Origin: Malacoraja senta
Lineage: Eukaryota
NCBI GenBank assembly: GCA_038087875.1
Contig: CM075993.1
Span: forward strand, 496,001-560,000
Length of the DNA stretch: 64,000 bases
Reading direction: 5' to 3'
In this document: positions 47,813 through 60,662 of the stretch, piece after piece
Numbering within the stretch: position 1 is the first letter of the stretch
Layout of the letters: the number at the start of each line of letters is the position of its first letter
The notes under the pieces: generated by a model
Told to the model about the DNA's origin: nothing
What the model saw: the letters and a program-made list of their open reading frames with translations, nothing else
Databases searched by the model: none
Made by a program: the position numbers and the translations under genes

Positions 47813-49169
47813 TGCTTTTCTAAAAAAACTTGCAGCAGGTGAGTTATTTTCTATTTATGGAATGCCGTATTTATTCAGTGGCAATGAATACAAACATGCT
47901 CTACTTGTGTACAATACTGCATTGATTGCATCAGTGAGGAAGTGTTTGTTGTGTTCTGCCCTTAGGGCAGGTCCTAATTAAAGTCTTTGCTTCACATTCT
48001 GGAGCTACTTAGAGTGGCTGCGATGCACACACATTTCCTTCCTTTCTATATCTTCAAACTACCTTCGAGTGGATGCGACCAAATGTTAAAAGCTCTACTG
48101 AAGTCTTTAAATTGAAGGTTATGTTCGTAACCTGCAGATATCAGCTGCAGTCATTACTGAGGCCCCAGATGGCAAATGTTTGAAATGGAATCTAAAACCT
48201 ACCTTTCTGAGCCTGTAATTATTGTTTTAAGGCATTTTTTTGTATTCATGTGCAGGCTTTGTGTAATATTTGGAACCTCGGCAGTGCTTCTGATGTGATG
48301 CTCACACAGCCTCACTACAGGCAATGTTAGGGTTTAGATCCAGTAAGGAATGGCAACATGATGCGTAACATGTGGGGAAACTACAAGGGAGGTGTCCCTG
48401 TGCATGTTACTTTCTTTAGAGGATAAAGGCTGTGAATTTAGCAGGTGCTATTGGAATACCTGGATAAATAACTACAGTTTATTTGGAAGATGTTATCCCA
48501 TCTGAGGCACACACACATGATTAACACACCAGTGCAATGCTGAGTGAATGCTGCAGTGTCAGACGTATTATCATTTATGTGATGTGAACATTAAACCTCG
48601 TCTTTCTCCCAAATGGATACAAAATATTCTGCAGCAGCCACTGAAAGATCAGTTTAGTTCTGCATAGTATCCCAGAGGCAATCTATTCCCCAGCCAATAT
48701 CGGATTGCTGCAAGGTAGGACATTGCTGGCTGCAGATTGGCAGTTGCATTTCTTCCTGTGCAAAAGCAAAAACATTTCAAAGTGACTTAATTTACTGTGT
48801 GGGACTTTTAGATATGCAGAATGGTGGTTGTCCTCGCTTGGCTCCAGGTTATTTTTCTTCATTTAATCCACTGCAACGGAGGTCCTGAACTCCACATTAT
48901 TAAAGTTTGCAGAAAAACAGTCCTGTTGGTGGAATTTAGCGGATCTGAGGTTGTCTATGGTGGGAATTGGCTTTCCAAAATTAAACTTTATTCACAATAA
49001 TAAAGAAATGTATACAAAACAAGAACAATGCATAGACTTTTCCGACATTCTCAGCGGATATACACACACTTAGCGTTATATTTGGTAGTGTTCACAAAAC
49101 TGTCATTATACCAGACACCCTTGTCATGCATGTGGCCCCCTGGTGTGATATCCCTTTCCTTGTTTGAGG

Positions 49170-49560
49170 GAAATGGACAGAGAAAGTTTCAGATCGGGAT
49201 CTTTCAAGACTGGGTTAGAGGCGTAATAGCTGGTAGTAAGAGTCGAGGGAAATGCGTGGAGCAAGAGCTGGCAAGTGATAGGTGGATCCAGGTGAGTCAG
49301 AAGGGGGAGAAAAGGGTGAAGATAGTGATGAAGAGTGGAGAAGACAAATGGTGGAATCTGATAAGAGGAAAGTGAGGTGTGAAAAGTAGACCCAGAGGGA
49401 GGGTTGGGGAGGGGGTAAGGGTGGAGGATGGGAAAGGAACTGAATGGCACAAGAACAAGGTGTGCATGAAAGGATATGGGTAGATCTGTAGAAGAGAAAG
49501 TGGGGCGGGGGGGGGGAATAATGTTTACCTAAAATTGGAGAATTCTGTGTTCATTGACAC
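49170..49560 (-). mobile_element. Degenerate Penelope-like 3' region
   Basis: TTTCAGATCGGGATCTTTCAAGACTG, purine-rich tract, TTACCTAAAATTGGAGAATTC-TGTTCAT; same layout as 20380-20560. Confidence 0.6.
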
Positions 49561-49660
49561 AGTGACAGAATCTGGAAAGAAGAATAAAGTTAACGTTTCA
49601 GGTCAAGTCTTCTAGATACTGCCTGGCCTGCGGACTACTACCAATATATCCTATTTGTAT

Positions 49661-49856
49661 AGATGCCAAATGTTGGAGTAACTCAGCGGGCAGTATCTGG
49701 ATAGAAGGAATGGATAACGTTTTGGGTCGAGACACTTCTTCAGACTATTTGTATTTTGGAAGATGGACACAAAAAGCTGGAGTAACTCAGCGGGACAGGC
49801 AGCTTCTCTGGAGAGAAGGAATGGGTGACGTTTCGGGTAGAGACCCTTCTTCAGAA
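49661..49856 (-). mobile_element. Two tandem Penelope-derived half elements
   Basis: Two copies of GCTGGAGTAACTCAGCGGG...CTTCTTCAGA, each followed by TATTTGTATTTTGGA (49746-49760, 49857-49871); TATTTGTAT also at 49652. Confidence 0.78.
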
Positions 49857-49949
49857 TATTTGTATTTTGGATTTGTAGTCTCTTCATTCCTTCCTCAGAT
49901 GTTGCCTGACCCTCCTCTCATACTTTGTTTTTTGTTCTAACATCTGAAG

Positions 49950-50285
49950 TACTCTTTGAAGTACTTCCCTCTGGGAGGCAACTCCGGACTGTCAACGTCG
50001 CCACAGCCAGACATAAAAACAGCTTTTTACTTCGAGCAGTAGCTCTCCTCGTCTGGAGCCTCCATTTGGTCTGGTATTTTATATTATTCTTCACATGTTT
50101 AAATTATGTTTTATTTTTGATTGTCTAGTGTCTATCGTGTTATCCTTGCGAGCAAAGCACCAAGCAAATTCCTTGTATATATACATACTTGGAAAGCGAC
50201 TTTGAGTCCTGAAAAGCGCTATATAAATACAATCTATTATTATTATTATTATACTTGGCTAATAAAATGTATTCAATTCAATTCA
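49950..50285 (+). mobile_element. Rex1/Babar-type LINE 3' end with a nested L2-type tail
   Basis: LFEVLPSGRQLRTVNVATARHKNSFLLRAVALL, AATAAA then (ATTCA)n; insert 50193-50250 with ATACTTGG TSD. Confidence 0.8.
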
Positions 50286-50299
50286 CTCCAGGATCCTGC

Positions 50300-51060
50300 T
50301 CCTGATTTTGTTGAGGCGATTCCGGTCCAGTTGCTGTGGTGACTGGGGCTCCAGGCCGGGTTTTGGTGTAGGTTCCCATCCGATCCACACTGGGAATTCC
50401 GGTGCGCATTTGGTTGCGGCGGCCGCTGTATTCCAGGCCGGGTTTTGCGCCCGCCCCCGTCCATGCTGGGTATTGTCCGCAAGTGGCGGCGGACTCGTCG
50501 CTCGTCTCCGCTCGGCTCGTCCACCGAGCTCTCCCCGACCCACGGCGGCCAGGCGGCAGCGGGCGCCCCAGCCCCAGCCCCAGCCCCAGGCCCGCGGCGG
50601 CAGGCAGGCAGGCAGGCAGGCGGGCGATGGCGGAGCGCCCACTGCGGCTCCTGTTGCTGGCGCTGGCGGCTCTGAGCGCGGCCCGGAGCTCAGGTACAGG
50701 CGAGATCCCCGCGCCGTGAGGGGAGGTCGCGGGCGGGCGGGCGGGCGGGCGGGCGGGACACTCGAGGGTCCCGGGGCAGGAGGCGGGGTGGGCCCGGCCC
50801 GGCCCGGAGCAGGGGAGGGGGCCCGGGCGGACTGACAGCAGACACTTGCTGAACAAACTGCTGCGGGGACCGGGACGCCGTCTGTCCATCTCCCCCCCAT
50901 CGAGCTCTGCCTCCCGCAGCAGGTTTCTTGCTCCAGATTCCAGCATCTGCAGTCTCCTGTCTCCAGGGAAAAGTTCCCGCGGCGACACTGTGACTCGGGC
51001 AGGCAGCTGAGGGGAGGGAGTGGGTCGCAATCTGAGCGGAAAGGACTAATAGGGCTGCGG
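50300..51060. promoter_or_regulatory. CpG island / promoter of a third protein-coding gene
   Basis: Very high GC and CpG content, GC boxes, a (GGCA)n run before the ATG and a (GGGC)n run after the donor. Confidence 0.8.
50627..50693 (+). CDS. NEO1: First coding exon encoding a signal peptide, tentatively neogenin 1
   Basis: Strong Kozak gcgATGG; MAERPLRLLLLALAALSAARSS-G then cag|gtacag (phase 1). No second exon in the remaining 13 kb, consistent with a long first intron. The exon call is well supported; the NEO1 identity rests on the ADPGK-NEO1 neighbourhood in other vertebrates and loose N-terminal resemblance. Confidence 0.5.
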
Positions 51061-51159
51061 GGATTCCTCTATTGCTCTTGATTAGAGCTAGTATGGGTTT
51101 GATGGGCCCAATGGGCTTCTTCCCTGGCGGAGACTATTCTGTGGTTCTGAGATGAGGAA

Positions 51160-51850
51160 GCCGTGGAAAGTAATGTTGGGATTAAGAGAGATGCCAAAAA
51201 TGAGGAGAGATGTAAACGAAATGAGGGCCAGTTAGAGTGAGGGGGAACTAAATTCTGAGAGGGAGAGAGAGGGAAAGAAATTGAAAAATAACAATGAGCG
51301 GAAATTGGGAAGTCTGGGATAGTGAGGGGAGATTGTGGAATTCGAGGAGAGGGAGACTGGAAATGGGAAATGCTAGTGATGGGGAGAATGGGGATAGAAG
51401 GATTACCTATAATGAGGAGTAACTGGAGTCCTGGGTAAGGTAGATATGGGAATGCAAGGAGACTGAATAGCGAATGTGGGGAGACTGGGAATAGTGCTAA
51501 AGAAGGATTTGAAGTGGATACCAGGATAGAGTGATTACTCTGTACTTCCAGGCGACTGGGATATTGGACAGCGAAGGATGAACATGAGGCAATGCCAGGA
51601 TGCTGGATAATGTTAAAGACCCCATGGGAATAACAGGATAGCAAAAGATGGAGAGACATTGTAATTGTGCCGAGAGTGATGGAGATACTGTGGGGAAGAT
51701 TGTGGAAGGACCAGTGTGTATGAATGGGAGGAATTGGGAATTGGAAGGAATAGGTTGGAAATCTTGAAAGCTGAAGGAAGAATGCGATTAAAAGTCTTTT
51801 TAAACATTGGAAGAAATAAGAATGAAGGGAATAAGAAAACAAGACAAATG
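51160..51850 (+). repeat. Purine-rich low-complexity tract at the start of the third gene's first intron
   Basis: Strong G/A bias with recurring GGGA and GGAAT units. Confidence 0.7.
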
Positions 51851-54800
51851 TGGATCAAAATAGTAACAGTCATGGAATTTGTTAAACCTAACTTGTTCAG
51901 AAATTGCTCTGTGACCATTTGATGAAATGGCTTGTTGTAAAGTGTTGGATGGGTTTTCTATTTCAAGGCATTGAAAACTTGCTAAGTAAAAAAAACAACA
52001 AAGTACAAATTCTGAAGAGTATCTGTTCGATAGAATCAGGATTGATGACCTTTCCGTCATCTCTCGTTTACACCTCTGTAAAAAAAATCAAATGCTTCAT
52101 ATTTCTCTGTCAGTAATCTTTCTTCCGAGAGCAGAGGGTTTTACGCAGTAGCGATGCTGTGCTGTAACACCATTCCCAAAGGTGTCAATGTAGATAGTGT
52201 GTGGAGCAGGAGGGTGACCATGGGGTACATATTTGCTGAATCTGACCTTTATACACTCCGTGTCCATAACCCCAGCAGATTGCAATGAAGAGTAGGAGCT
52301 CTTGTGATATTTGTGAGCCTAGTTATCATTGTGTCTCTGGCCATTTAGAAGTATGTAGTAATTCTGGCAATGGATATGAAGTCTTGGAATATCCAGAATT
52401 ATCAGGTTGCAGTCAAGTTCATGAGTGGAGATTGGGTTATTAATTCCAACCAGTGAAATACACTCCAAAACATAATGGCAACTCGTCTCCTTACAAACTT
52501 CAATTGTAACCGAGCAGAAGTACTGGCATGGGTGGGAGTACTTTGTATTAAACATTTTTAGAGTCACACACAATATGAAAGCAAGCTTAATTAGAGGTTT
52601 CATATTTGTAATAATCAGAAACAGCAGGAATTGGCATTCCTGGGCTTAGTGGTTACTTTTCACCAGTCATAAACCAAGAGCTTTTTGGAATAGCATGGAA
52701 TAAGCATGGAATAGAATTGTTGCTTTTGTTGTGGAAATGTTGATGCTCAGAGAAATGTCTTAGTAGACTGACTCATTGTTCTCTTACTGTGCCAGCTGTT
52801 TGAATTGTGACAGCAGTTTCTGAGACCAGTTACCTATCAGACAGTACTTGTGGTCTGAGACCTCACTGATTATCTTTGGTAGCCATGAACTGAAAGTTGC
52901 TCTGGCCTTTCTTGGTGATAAAGTGATGTGGAACAAAATCCCATTGGTATTTAAACACTTTGGAATGTCCTGAAGTCATGAAAGTATAATTGTGAGTTTT
53001 TGAATTCACTTATATCCTATTCGTCTGTTGTTTTGCTGATTCTGACTGTGATTGCAAGGTGCTCCTACTTTGCCCAGGTGGTTGTTCCTTATGTATAAGC
53101 ATTGGTTGGTTATCTAAATAGGCATCACTGTTTGAGTTTGATCATTTCCTCAGATGACTTCGAGAAACTTATTTTGATTTCAAAGATAAACTTTATTCAT
53201 AAAAATATACATAAGAAACACAATAAAACAGTGCATGTCTTTCTTTACATTCATGGTGTTGTTTAGTCTCATCATTTACAGTTTTATTTGTTCTATGCAT
53301 TTTTGGCGTTACCACATTCTGTGTGCAGAGAACCATTGCCATTCCTGTGGCCGCCCGGGACGATATAAACGTCAGGTGTTTCAGCGGCTTCTACACGGCT
53401 TAGCTCCTCAATGTTGTGGGCAGTGAACAGCAATATTCCTGGCTGACATTTCTCCCCCATTGCTAACTACTGTGACTAATTACATCCCCTTTATTGTCAC
53501 GGTATGGTGATGCTGTTTAAATCCTCAATATGCCAGCAGAATACTTCACCCGTTTACTGGTTGTGGTGCTGTGTCCACTGTAAGGTACAGACCGAGTGTA
53601 TCTGGATGAAGGGGAGTGTGGGAGTTGTGGTGGAAGCTTCTCAGTGTGTACTGTTACTGGGACCCGACGACAGGGCAGAAGCACACACCTCCAGCAATTG
53701 TATGTAAAGCTGCAGCTGTTCCATTCCAAGGTGTTGACGCTCAACAAGTAACACAATAACTACCTGGCAGAAGAGGAGAGCTGGGGATGGAATATTAACA
53801 GGATTGCTGAGTGACACGAGCACTGGTGGGTTTTAGGTCCTATTACTGATTTAAAAATCTGCTTCATATTCCCACCTCTCAGGAATCCTGGCTAAAACAT
53901 GTGTTTCAAATTAATTTGTAAAGAAACCTCTGAGCATAATTGTTGGCTGAGTGGATGAAGTGCAGCCTGCTATTATGTTCAGTGAGGAGAAACACTGATC
54001 TTGTTCAGGTTGGCACTGGACTCTTCTTCAGCTGGCATAAGTAGTGGTGAAAGTACCAGCCAGTGTTCCTACTGACCATCACTGTCCAGTCAGACAGGAA
54101 CAGACACTGCAGATGCCGGAATCTGCAGCAAAAAACAGTGGTGGAGGAACTCAGCTGTGGGGGAAACAGACAGATGACAGTTTGGGCCAAGACACCTCAT
54201 CTGCACTGAAAGAGTAGAGGGGAGATAGCCAGTATAAAGAGCTGACTGGGATGGCTGGTCCAGAAGTGACAGGTGCATCGAGGCAAGGAGGGGTTGATTG
54301 GCAGATGGAGTCAGGTGAGGAGGGAAGGGTGGAGATGGCGACGTTTTGGGTTGGGAACGGGTTGCGATCGGTTGTGAGTAAATCTTTATAAGCTGTCACC
54401 AAGAGCTTTCATAAGGTCATAAATGATAGGAGCAGAATTAGGCCATAGCATTAATTTAAAGTCACTGTTATTGTCATAAATTAGGAAATTTGGCAGCCAG
54501 TGCACACAATATGGTCCTGAAACTGCAATATGATGGTGAGATGGTCTTGTCTCATTTTAGTTGATCGCTAAATATTGGCAAATCAATGAGCAGAAGCGTT
54601 CTGTGTTTAGCTGAGCATCAGATGGGCCTCTGTTTAATGCTTCATCCTTCAACAATGCAGCACCCACTCAGTAATGCACTGGACCCTGTGCTGCCAACTG
54701 AGTCTGGAAGTCTACTGATGCACAGGAGTGACCTACTTTAGCAGCCTTGAGATCTCTCCGTCCCAAGCTCTTTCTCTTGTGCTGTCACTAGACCTGCATC

Positions 54801-55899
54801 TTTCAGGGTTTTGTTCATCATTTATGCCAAGACCAACATTTATTGCCCATCCCTAAATGGTGGTGGCGAATAGCCCTCTGCTGCAAACCTCCTGCTATAG
54901 CAATTCCCCCAAGCTGTTATGGATAATCTATGATTTAGACCAAGGGGCAAAAGAGGAATGGCCCCATATTTCCAGATTTCAGTGACTCAGAAAGAAAGTT
55001 GTAGCTGTTGGAATTCCTGTGCACTTGCTGCTCCTGTCATATAAGAATTATGGATTTTGGAGATGTTAATTGCTCTTGCAAAAACTGCAGGGGAGACAGT
55101 AAATGGTAGGCACACTGAGGGTGGAAGGATTGGATATTTGAGATGGTGGATGTAGTGCCAATCAAGTAGTTTGAAGAAGGGTCTCGACCCGAAACGTTAC
55201 CCATTCCTTCTTTCCAGAGATGCTGCCTGTCCCGCTGAGTCACTCCAGCTTTTTGTGTCTATCTTAGGTTTTTATCATCGATTGCATTGAGCATCTACAG
55301 TGTTGGACCTGCACTCGTCCAGGAACTCCAGCACCACTCAAGAAGGTTGAGTGTTTCGTGGAATTGGTTCCAAATGTTTGAGCTCCGTTTAAAAATACTA
55401 ATCATCCTCTTCCTATGGTTAGGTTTTGTGCCCGAGATTAGATAATCCTGTCATCAACTACTTTGTGACTGATTGAAGTGAAGCTGGAAAATGTGATGTT
55501 GGTTTGACTAGTGTACTGGAGGGGCAACCCATATTAATGTTCCCATTTGGTGCTGGATATGTACTGTTCAACGAAAGCAATAATATTTTGGTTATGTTTT
55601 GCCTTTTTCAATTTCCTGGTCTGGAGAAGCTATAATGCAGTTTTACAGGGAGTTTGTGAAACCTCACCTCTGCACAGTTTTGGTCTCTATATTTAAGGAA
55701 TGATACACTTGCATTGTAGGCAGTGGAGAGAAAGATCATCAGTTGATACTTGGGACAAAGAGGTTGAGGTGGACGAGCTCACTGGGGATTAGAACAATGA
55801 GGTGATATTCCTCAGAATATACTCAGATTCTGAGGGGAATGATAGGGGGGGAGGGTTTCCTTTCGAACTAGGATTAAGGGGCATATTATCAGACTAAAG

Positions 55900-56438
55900 C
55901 TGGGGCCTCCAAACTTTTCAGCATGAGGGCCACATTATATATTTGACACANNNNNNNNNNNNNNNNNNNNNNNNNNNNNNNNNNNNNNNNNNNNNNNNNN
56001 NNNNNNNNNNNNNNNNNNNNNNNNNNNNNNNNNNNNNNNNNNNNNNNNNNNNNNNNNNNNNNNNNNNNNNNNNNNNNNNNNNNNNNNNNNNNNNNNNNNN
56101 NNNNNNNNNNNNNNNNNNNNNNNNNNNNNNNNNNNNNNNNNNNNNNNNNNNNNNNNNNNNNNNNNNNNNNNACACACACCCACTCACTCACTGGTGCCAC
56201 CGTCGCCCCTGTCGCCGATCTTCACTGTCTCCCTGGGGCCATTGACAGTAACCTGTCAGCAGCTGCACACAAACCCTCAACTTGATAGCCTATGGCAAAC
56301 TGATGTGTAAGTTCCCGCGCTACCACAGAACCCGCTAAATAGCCTGCCACATGGAACGTGTTAAGAGTTTGCTGTGGCCCGGATAAAATCTCGTGGTGGG
56401 CCGTATGTGGCCCGTGGGCCATAGTTTGGAGACCCCTG
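55900..56438. mobile_element. hAT (Charlie/Buster-type) non-autonomous DNA transposon
   Basis: TIRs CTGGGGCCTCCAAACT and (reverse complement) CAGGGGTCTCCAAACT; perfect 8-bp TSD GACTAAAG at 55892-55899 and 56439-56446; subterminal GGCCC/GGGCC motifs. Confidence 0.9.
55951..56171. other. Assembly gap (221 N) flanked by CA repeats
   Basis: N run bounded by ...GACACA and ACACACAC... Confidence 0.99.
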
Positions 56439-57546
56439 GACTAAAGGGTAACCCATTTCATAGTGTTGTGGAGACACTTTGTCCCTCAGAAGAAGTGAAT
56501 CTGCGGAATCCTCTACCCCAGGCAGCTGTGGAGGCTGAATCATTGGATATATTCAAGCATAAGACTGGCAAACCTTTAAACCATGAGGGACTCAAGGGTT
56601 GTGAGTACAGAGCACTAACATGGTGTTGACGGTAAGATTGGATCTGCAGTGATTGTACTGAATGGCATGACAGGCGGGCTGCCTGGGCGAATCACCTACT
56701 TCTGTCTCTCATGTTATTATTTTCCAGAATTTGGGATCTAAGATTTGGGAGACGGATGGCTGTGCTCGTTGGGAGCAGATCGAGGATTCTGAATTTGCAT
56801 TACACAAACATTTGGGGCTTCAGTTGCTCTTTCAGTTTCTGTTGATTCTGTTGCATCAGCAGCCGGAATTATGTTTCTTATTTCAAAGTAAATTTTATTT
56901 GTAAAAAAATAAATATATATATACTAGAAATACCAAAAATGCAACAAAACCCCCCCACAAAAATGGAGTTATTATAAATTATGCAGGTAGTGTGCCCCTG
57001 GCTAGATTCTGGCCTGGCTTGTTGACTGTTGCTCAGATGTTGACTAGCCATCACTTCCTCCTAGTGTGGGTGACTAATCTCCAACAGAAGGGTTTTACTC
57101 ACATATCCCTTAAGTTCTTCAAGTATATGTTCCTGAGGAGATGAACAGTTCCAGTTTACTGTTCACCATTCACAATTGGAGCGTAGAACAAGCACAGCAC
57201 AGAAACAGGCTCTTTGGCTACCATGCTGGTGGTGATCATGATGCCAATCTAACTCATCCCATCTGCCTGCACGTGGTCACATCACTGCCTGAATGTCTCT
57301 TAAACAGTGCTATCAGAACTGCTTTACTACCTACCGTGGCAGCGCGTTCCAGGCACCTAGCTGTCAAAAAACATGCCTTGCACGTCGCATTTGAACCATT
57401 CCCCCTCTCATCTTTAACCTTTGTTCTCTAGTATTTGAGATTTCCACTGGCAAAAAGGTTCTGGCTGTCTACTATATTGTCTCGATTACCGCTGGTGCTT
57501 GTGTTCACTTCCAATTGTCAAAAGTATCAATGCAAATACATTAGCG

Positions 57547-57663
57547 TCATGTTTCTGATCACACACACACCCACACTCATGTTTCTGATCACAATCACAC
57601 ACACACACACACACACACCCCTCACACTCACACACACACACACACACTCATGTTTCTGATCAC
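57547..57663. repeat. Compound repeat: TCATGTTTCTGATCAC x3 separated by (CA)n
   Basis: 16-mer at 57547, 57577 and 57648. Confidence 0.88.
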
Positions 57664-60662
57664 AATTAGTTGCCTTTGTTTTGCCTTCTTCATTTCTTAA
57701 GCAGAAATAATTCCCAATACCAACAAGCTTATGCTGGTATCTCTGATCCATGGTTTGTATCTATGTCACGTTACCTGGAGTTTAGCATGGACTATCTGAA
57801 CTGTGAAGACCAGCACCAGTGGAACAATAGATGTTGTTTTTCATTTGAACTGTGCTTGGAGAATGTTTTTAGTCGCATAAGGTGAAGGGGGAGGGGGTGG
57901 GGGTGCAATGATGAGCATTACATCAGAAGAAGAATGCACAGCATTATCATGGAGTATTTGTATCAGTAACTATAATATGCTTGTGACAGCACTGCCTTCA
58001 ACCAAATATCATACATCAATGGCATTGCATTTCATTACACTGCTCTTCCCTGAGGCTCACATTCTGGATATGGCATTCTGAAGAACCATTAGGTAGGTAC
58101 CTGAGTCTTCATGATAAATCTTAATAAACTGTAAGTCTAGAACTGGTATCAAATGATGGAATTCTCAGTCAGATTTGACTGAAACTGCGCTCAGGGAAGA
58201 GTCACATGCCCAAGTTCATAGATGAAGCTAATTTTTCCAAATGTCTTTGGCTTGTTGTAATAAAATAATTTCATATTCAGAGTCTTGGTCCAGAAACCCT
58301 GCTGCCCTGAGGATATTAGTTTCCACCGTCTGAAGTTCAAGCTCGCTCCCTCCACATTTAATATATTTCAGCTGTTCTTACACCAGACCTCTTGTTGCAG
58401 AATGCAAAGCAGCATTGGGTTTAGCCACAAGAAGGGATTAAAATCTACGGACCAAGGTCCTCATGGTGACTTGCAGCAAAGATTGTGAAGCAACACATGG
58501 CCTATTCTAGCTTCAGATCCATCATCTTGAACCTCCAAATCATTTGATACGTCTTGAGCCCATGATAGAGTGTGGTACATGTGTCAGGCTCCAAATCCTG
58601 GCAGTAACACATGCTTTACATTGGCAAAGAGATATGGAACTACCTTTCTGGTCTTCCAAGGGGCTTGATAAATGGTGATCTGTGCACTTTTGATAATTCA
58701 TTGGTGCATCAACAAATATCTGTTCAAAGTGATTTCCTAATCATGACCTGCTTCTTCTCTCCTCTCTTCCCTCCCTCCTCCACTCCCTTCTGCTCCTCCC
58801 TCCTAATGTCAGTCTTCTCTTCACCTCTTTTTCCTCCCATTCTCTCTTTCTCCTGGCCACCCACACATCTCTCACACAGTAACGTTAATTACTGCCTACC
58901 CTGTGTTTTTATCAGTGAGGCTTACATTGGGGGAAAGCAGGAGATTGCAAGCGGATTGGAATGCTCATCGAGCCCTAACCTGAGGCACAATACTGGTGTC
59001 ATTAAAAAATTGTTTTGATTTAAATTATTTAATTTAATAGAATATTATTAAAAACAGTAATTAGTGTGCATCTTATCAGCTTATGCGGATCGGAATGGTG
59101 GTGTGTGATTGTACCACTGCCTTCAAACAGTTTGAGGGAGAGTATTTGTGCAGCAACAATATTGATTCTGAACAAAGCATCGGCTGCGCATTTGAAGCTG
59201 TTTAAAGGGCTACCATCACCATGAAAATAAGTCTTTAACAAGCATTTATTACTGAGGAAAGGGGGAGGTTCTGGCCTTTTTATTTAATCACTGTATTGAG
59301 AGTATGTGTCCGGAATAGATTTATGAATTCTTGTGTGAAATGTCTCCGTTGGTCTCTGCAAATGGAGCGGTGTAGATGTATGTGTGAACATGTATGTCTC
59401 GGGTCTCTTTAGGCTGGGTAAAGAAAGCATTGGACCTTTTTGTAATGGTTATTGTGGATACATTTTCTGCCTGAGCTGACTGTCTGATTCACACACTGCA
59501 CTTTGACAAGATGACTTTGACAAGATGTTGCAGAGAAACCGGGCATCCTTGGAAACCACCCCAGCAAGGAAGGAGGGGAGAAATTTGACTGGCTGAAGAC
59601 TAACTGGTTTCTTCTGTTACACACATAATTAGGTTTATGGAGTTAGGTCACAGATCAGTCAGACAAGGTTGAGGAGTTAAATAGCTTCCACCCGATGCCT
59701 TGTTACTGTACTTGCAATTGGATGAGGTAGCCTAGGAACTATACTTCTTGCAGGTTATGGCACAGATTCCAGTATCTGCGCTGTTAGATCTGGTTGCATC
59801 TTTGATTCATCTGTAAAAGTGTGTGTGGAACAATGTGAAGATTTTGAGTATTGTAGCAGCTATTAACAATCTTGTGCCTCCCTCCTTTGAATTGCTATGT
59901 GGGAGAGGAAAATAAGTGCAGCCTTTGGCACAGGAAGAGTCCGGCAAAATCCCAAGCCTTAGAGTAGGTCTGCTTTACTAGTGGCTGTGGCTGTTGCAAG
60001 TTGCTGTTCAGACTCAAAATCCCTATGGGGGTAGTAAGGGAGCCTGCCTGAAAGGTCGCTTTGATCCTATGACTGACATTGTTTGCTGCATGATGAAGCA
60101 GAGGAATGCATGAGGCACCCAAAAGGGAATCAGGAAACTGGGAGCCCTGGGAATAGGAGGCCAAAATATACTCTTAAAGTGCCCGTGGCTAAGAGAGGGG
60201 GAGCCAGTGAGGAATAAAGTGTTGACAAAGGCATCCTATGAATATAATGCAATAAATGAAAAGATTGAGAGCCGGTTTTGAGGCTTGCCTTGTTGTGCAC
60301 ATGTAATAAAGATGCACCAGCATGTTAAGTAAGAGACATTTTACCAAAACCCTTGCTGTCAGGTAATCCTCTGGCTGCAACATGGCTCATAAACAAACCA
60401 TTCATCGTTTTAAACAGTTATTTTTTTTAATACTCACCCCATTTTCTCCTGATGCATGATCTCAACCCAAAATGTCGACCTTCCCTCTGCCTACACAAAC
60501 GCTGCCTGACCCGGGGAGTTTTTCCAGTGATTAGTACTTTACCCCTGATTACAGCATCTGCAATCTCCAGTCTTGAATTCAGTTAGCTCCCTGGAGGTGC
60601 AGTCCTTGAGAATGTTCCTTAACACCATCCTCATTGACCAAGCTTGTAGATTCCCCCCTTAA

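Larger units (their letters stand above)
55600..56720 (+). mobile_element. Old CR1 fragment split by a hAT MITE
   Basis: GTGAAACCTCACCT...TTTTGGTCTC before the insertion and GTGAATCTGCGGAATCCTCTACCCCAG after it. Confidence 0.65.

Noticed and set aside
50273-51030. Overlapping 175-250 aa ORFs on both strands
   Set aside because: GC-rich CpG island lacks stop codons; only the 67-nt signal-peptide exon has Kozak and donor support.
51069-51842. 257-aa minus-strand ORF
   Set aside because: By-product of a pyrimidine-rich low-complexity strand (S/P/F/L/I-rich) with few stop codons; no domain or splice support.
55889-56245. ORFs made of X residues
   Set aside because: They span the N gap.
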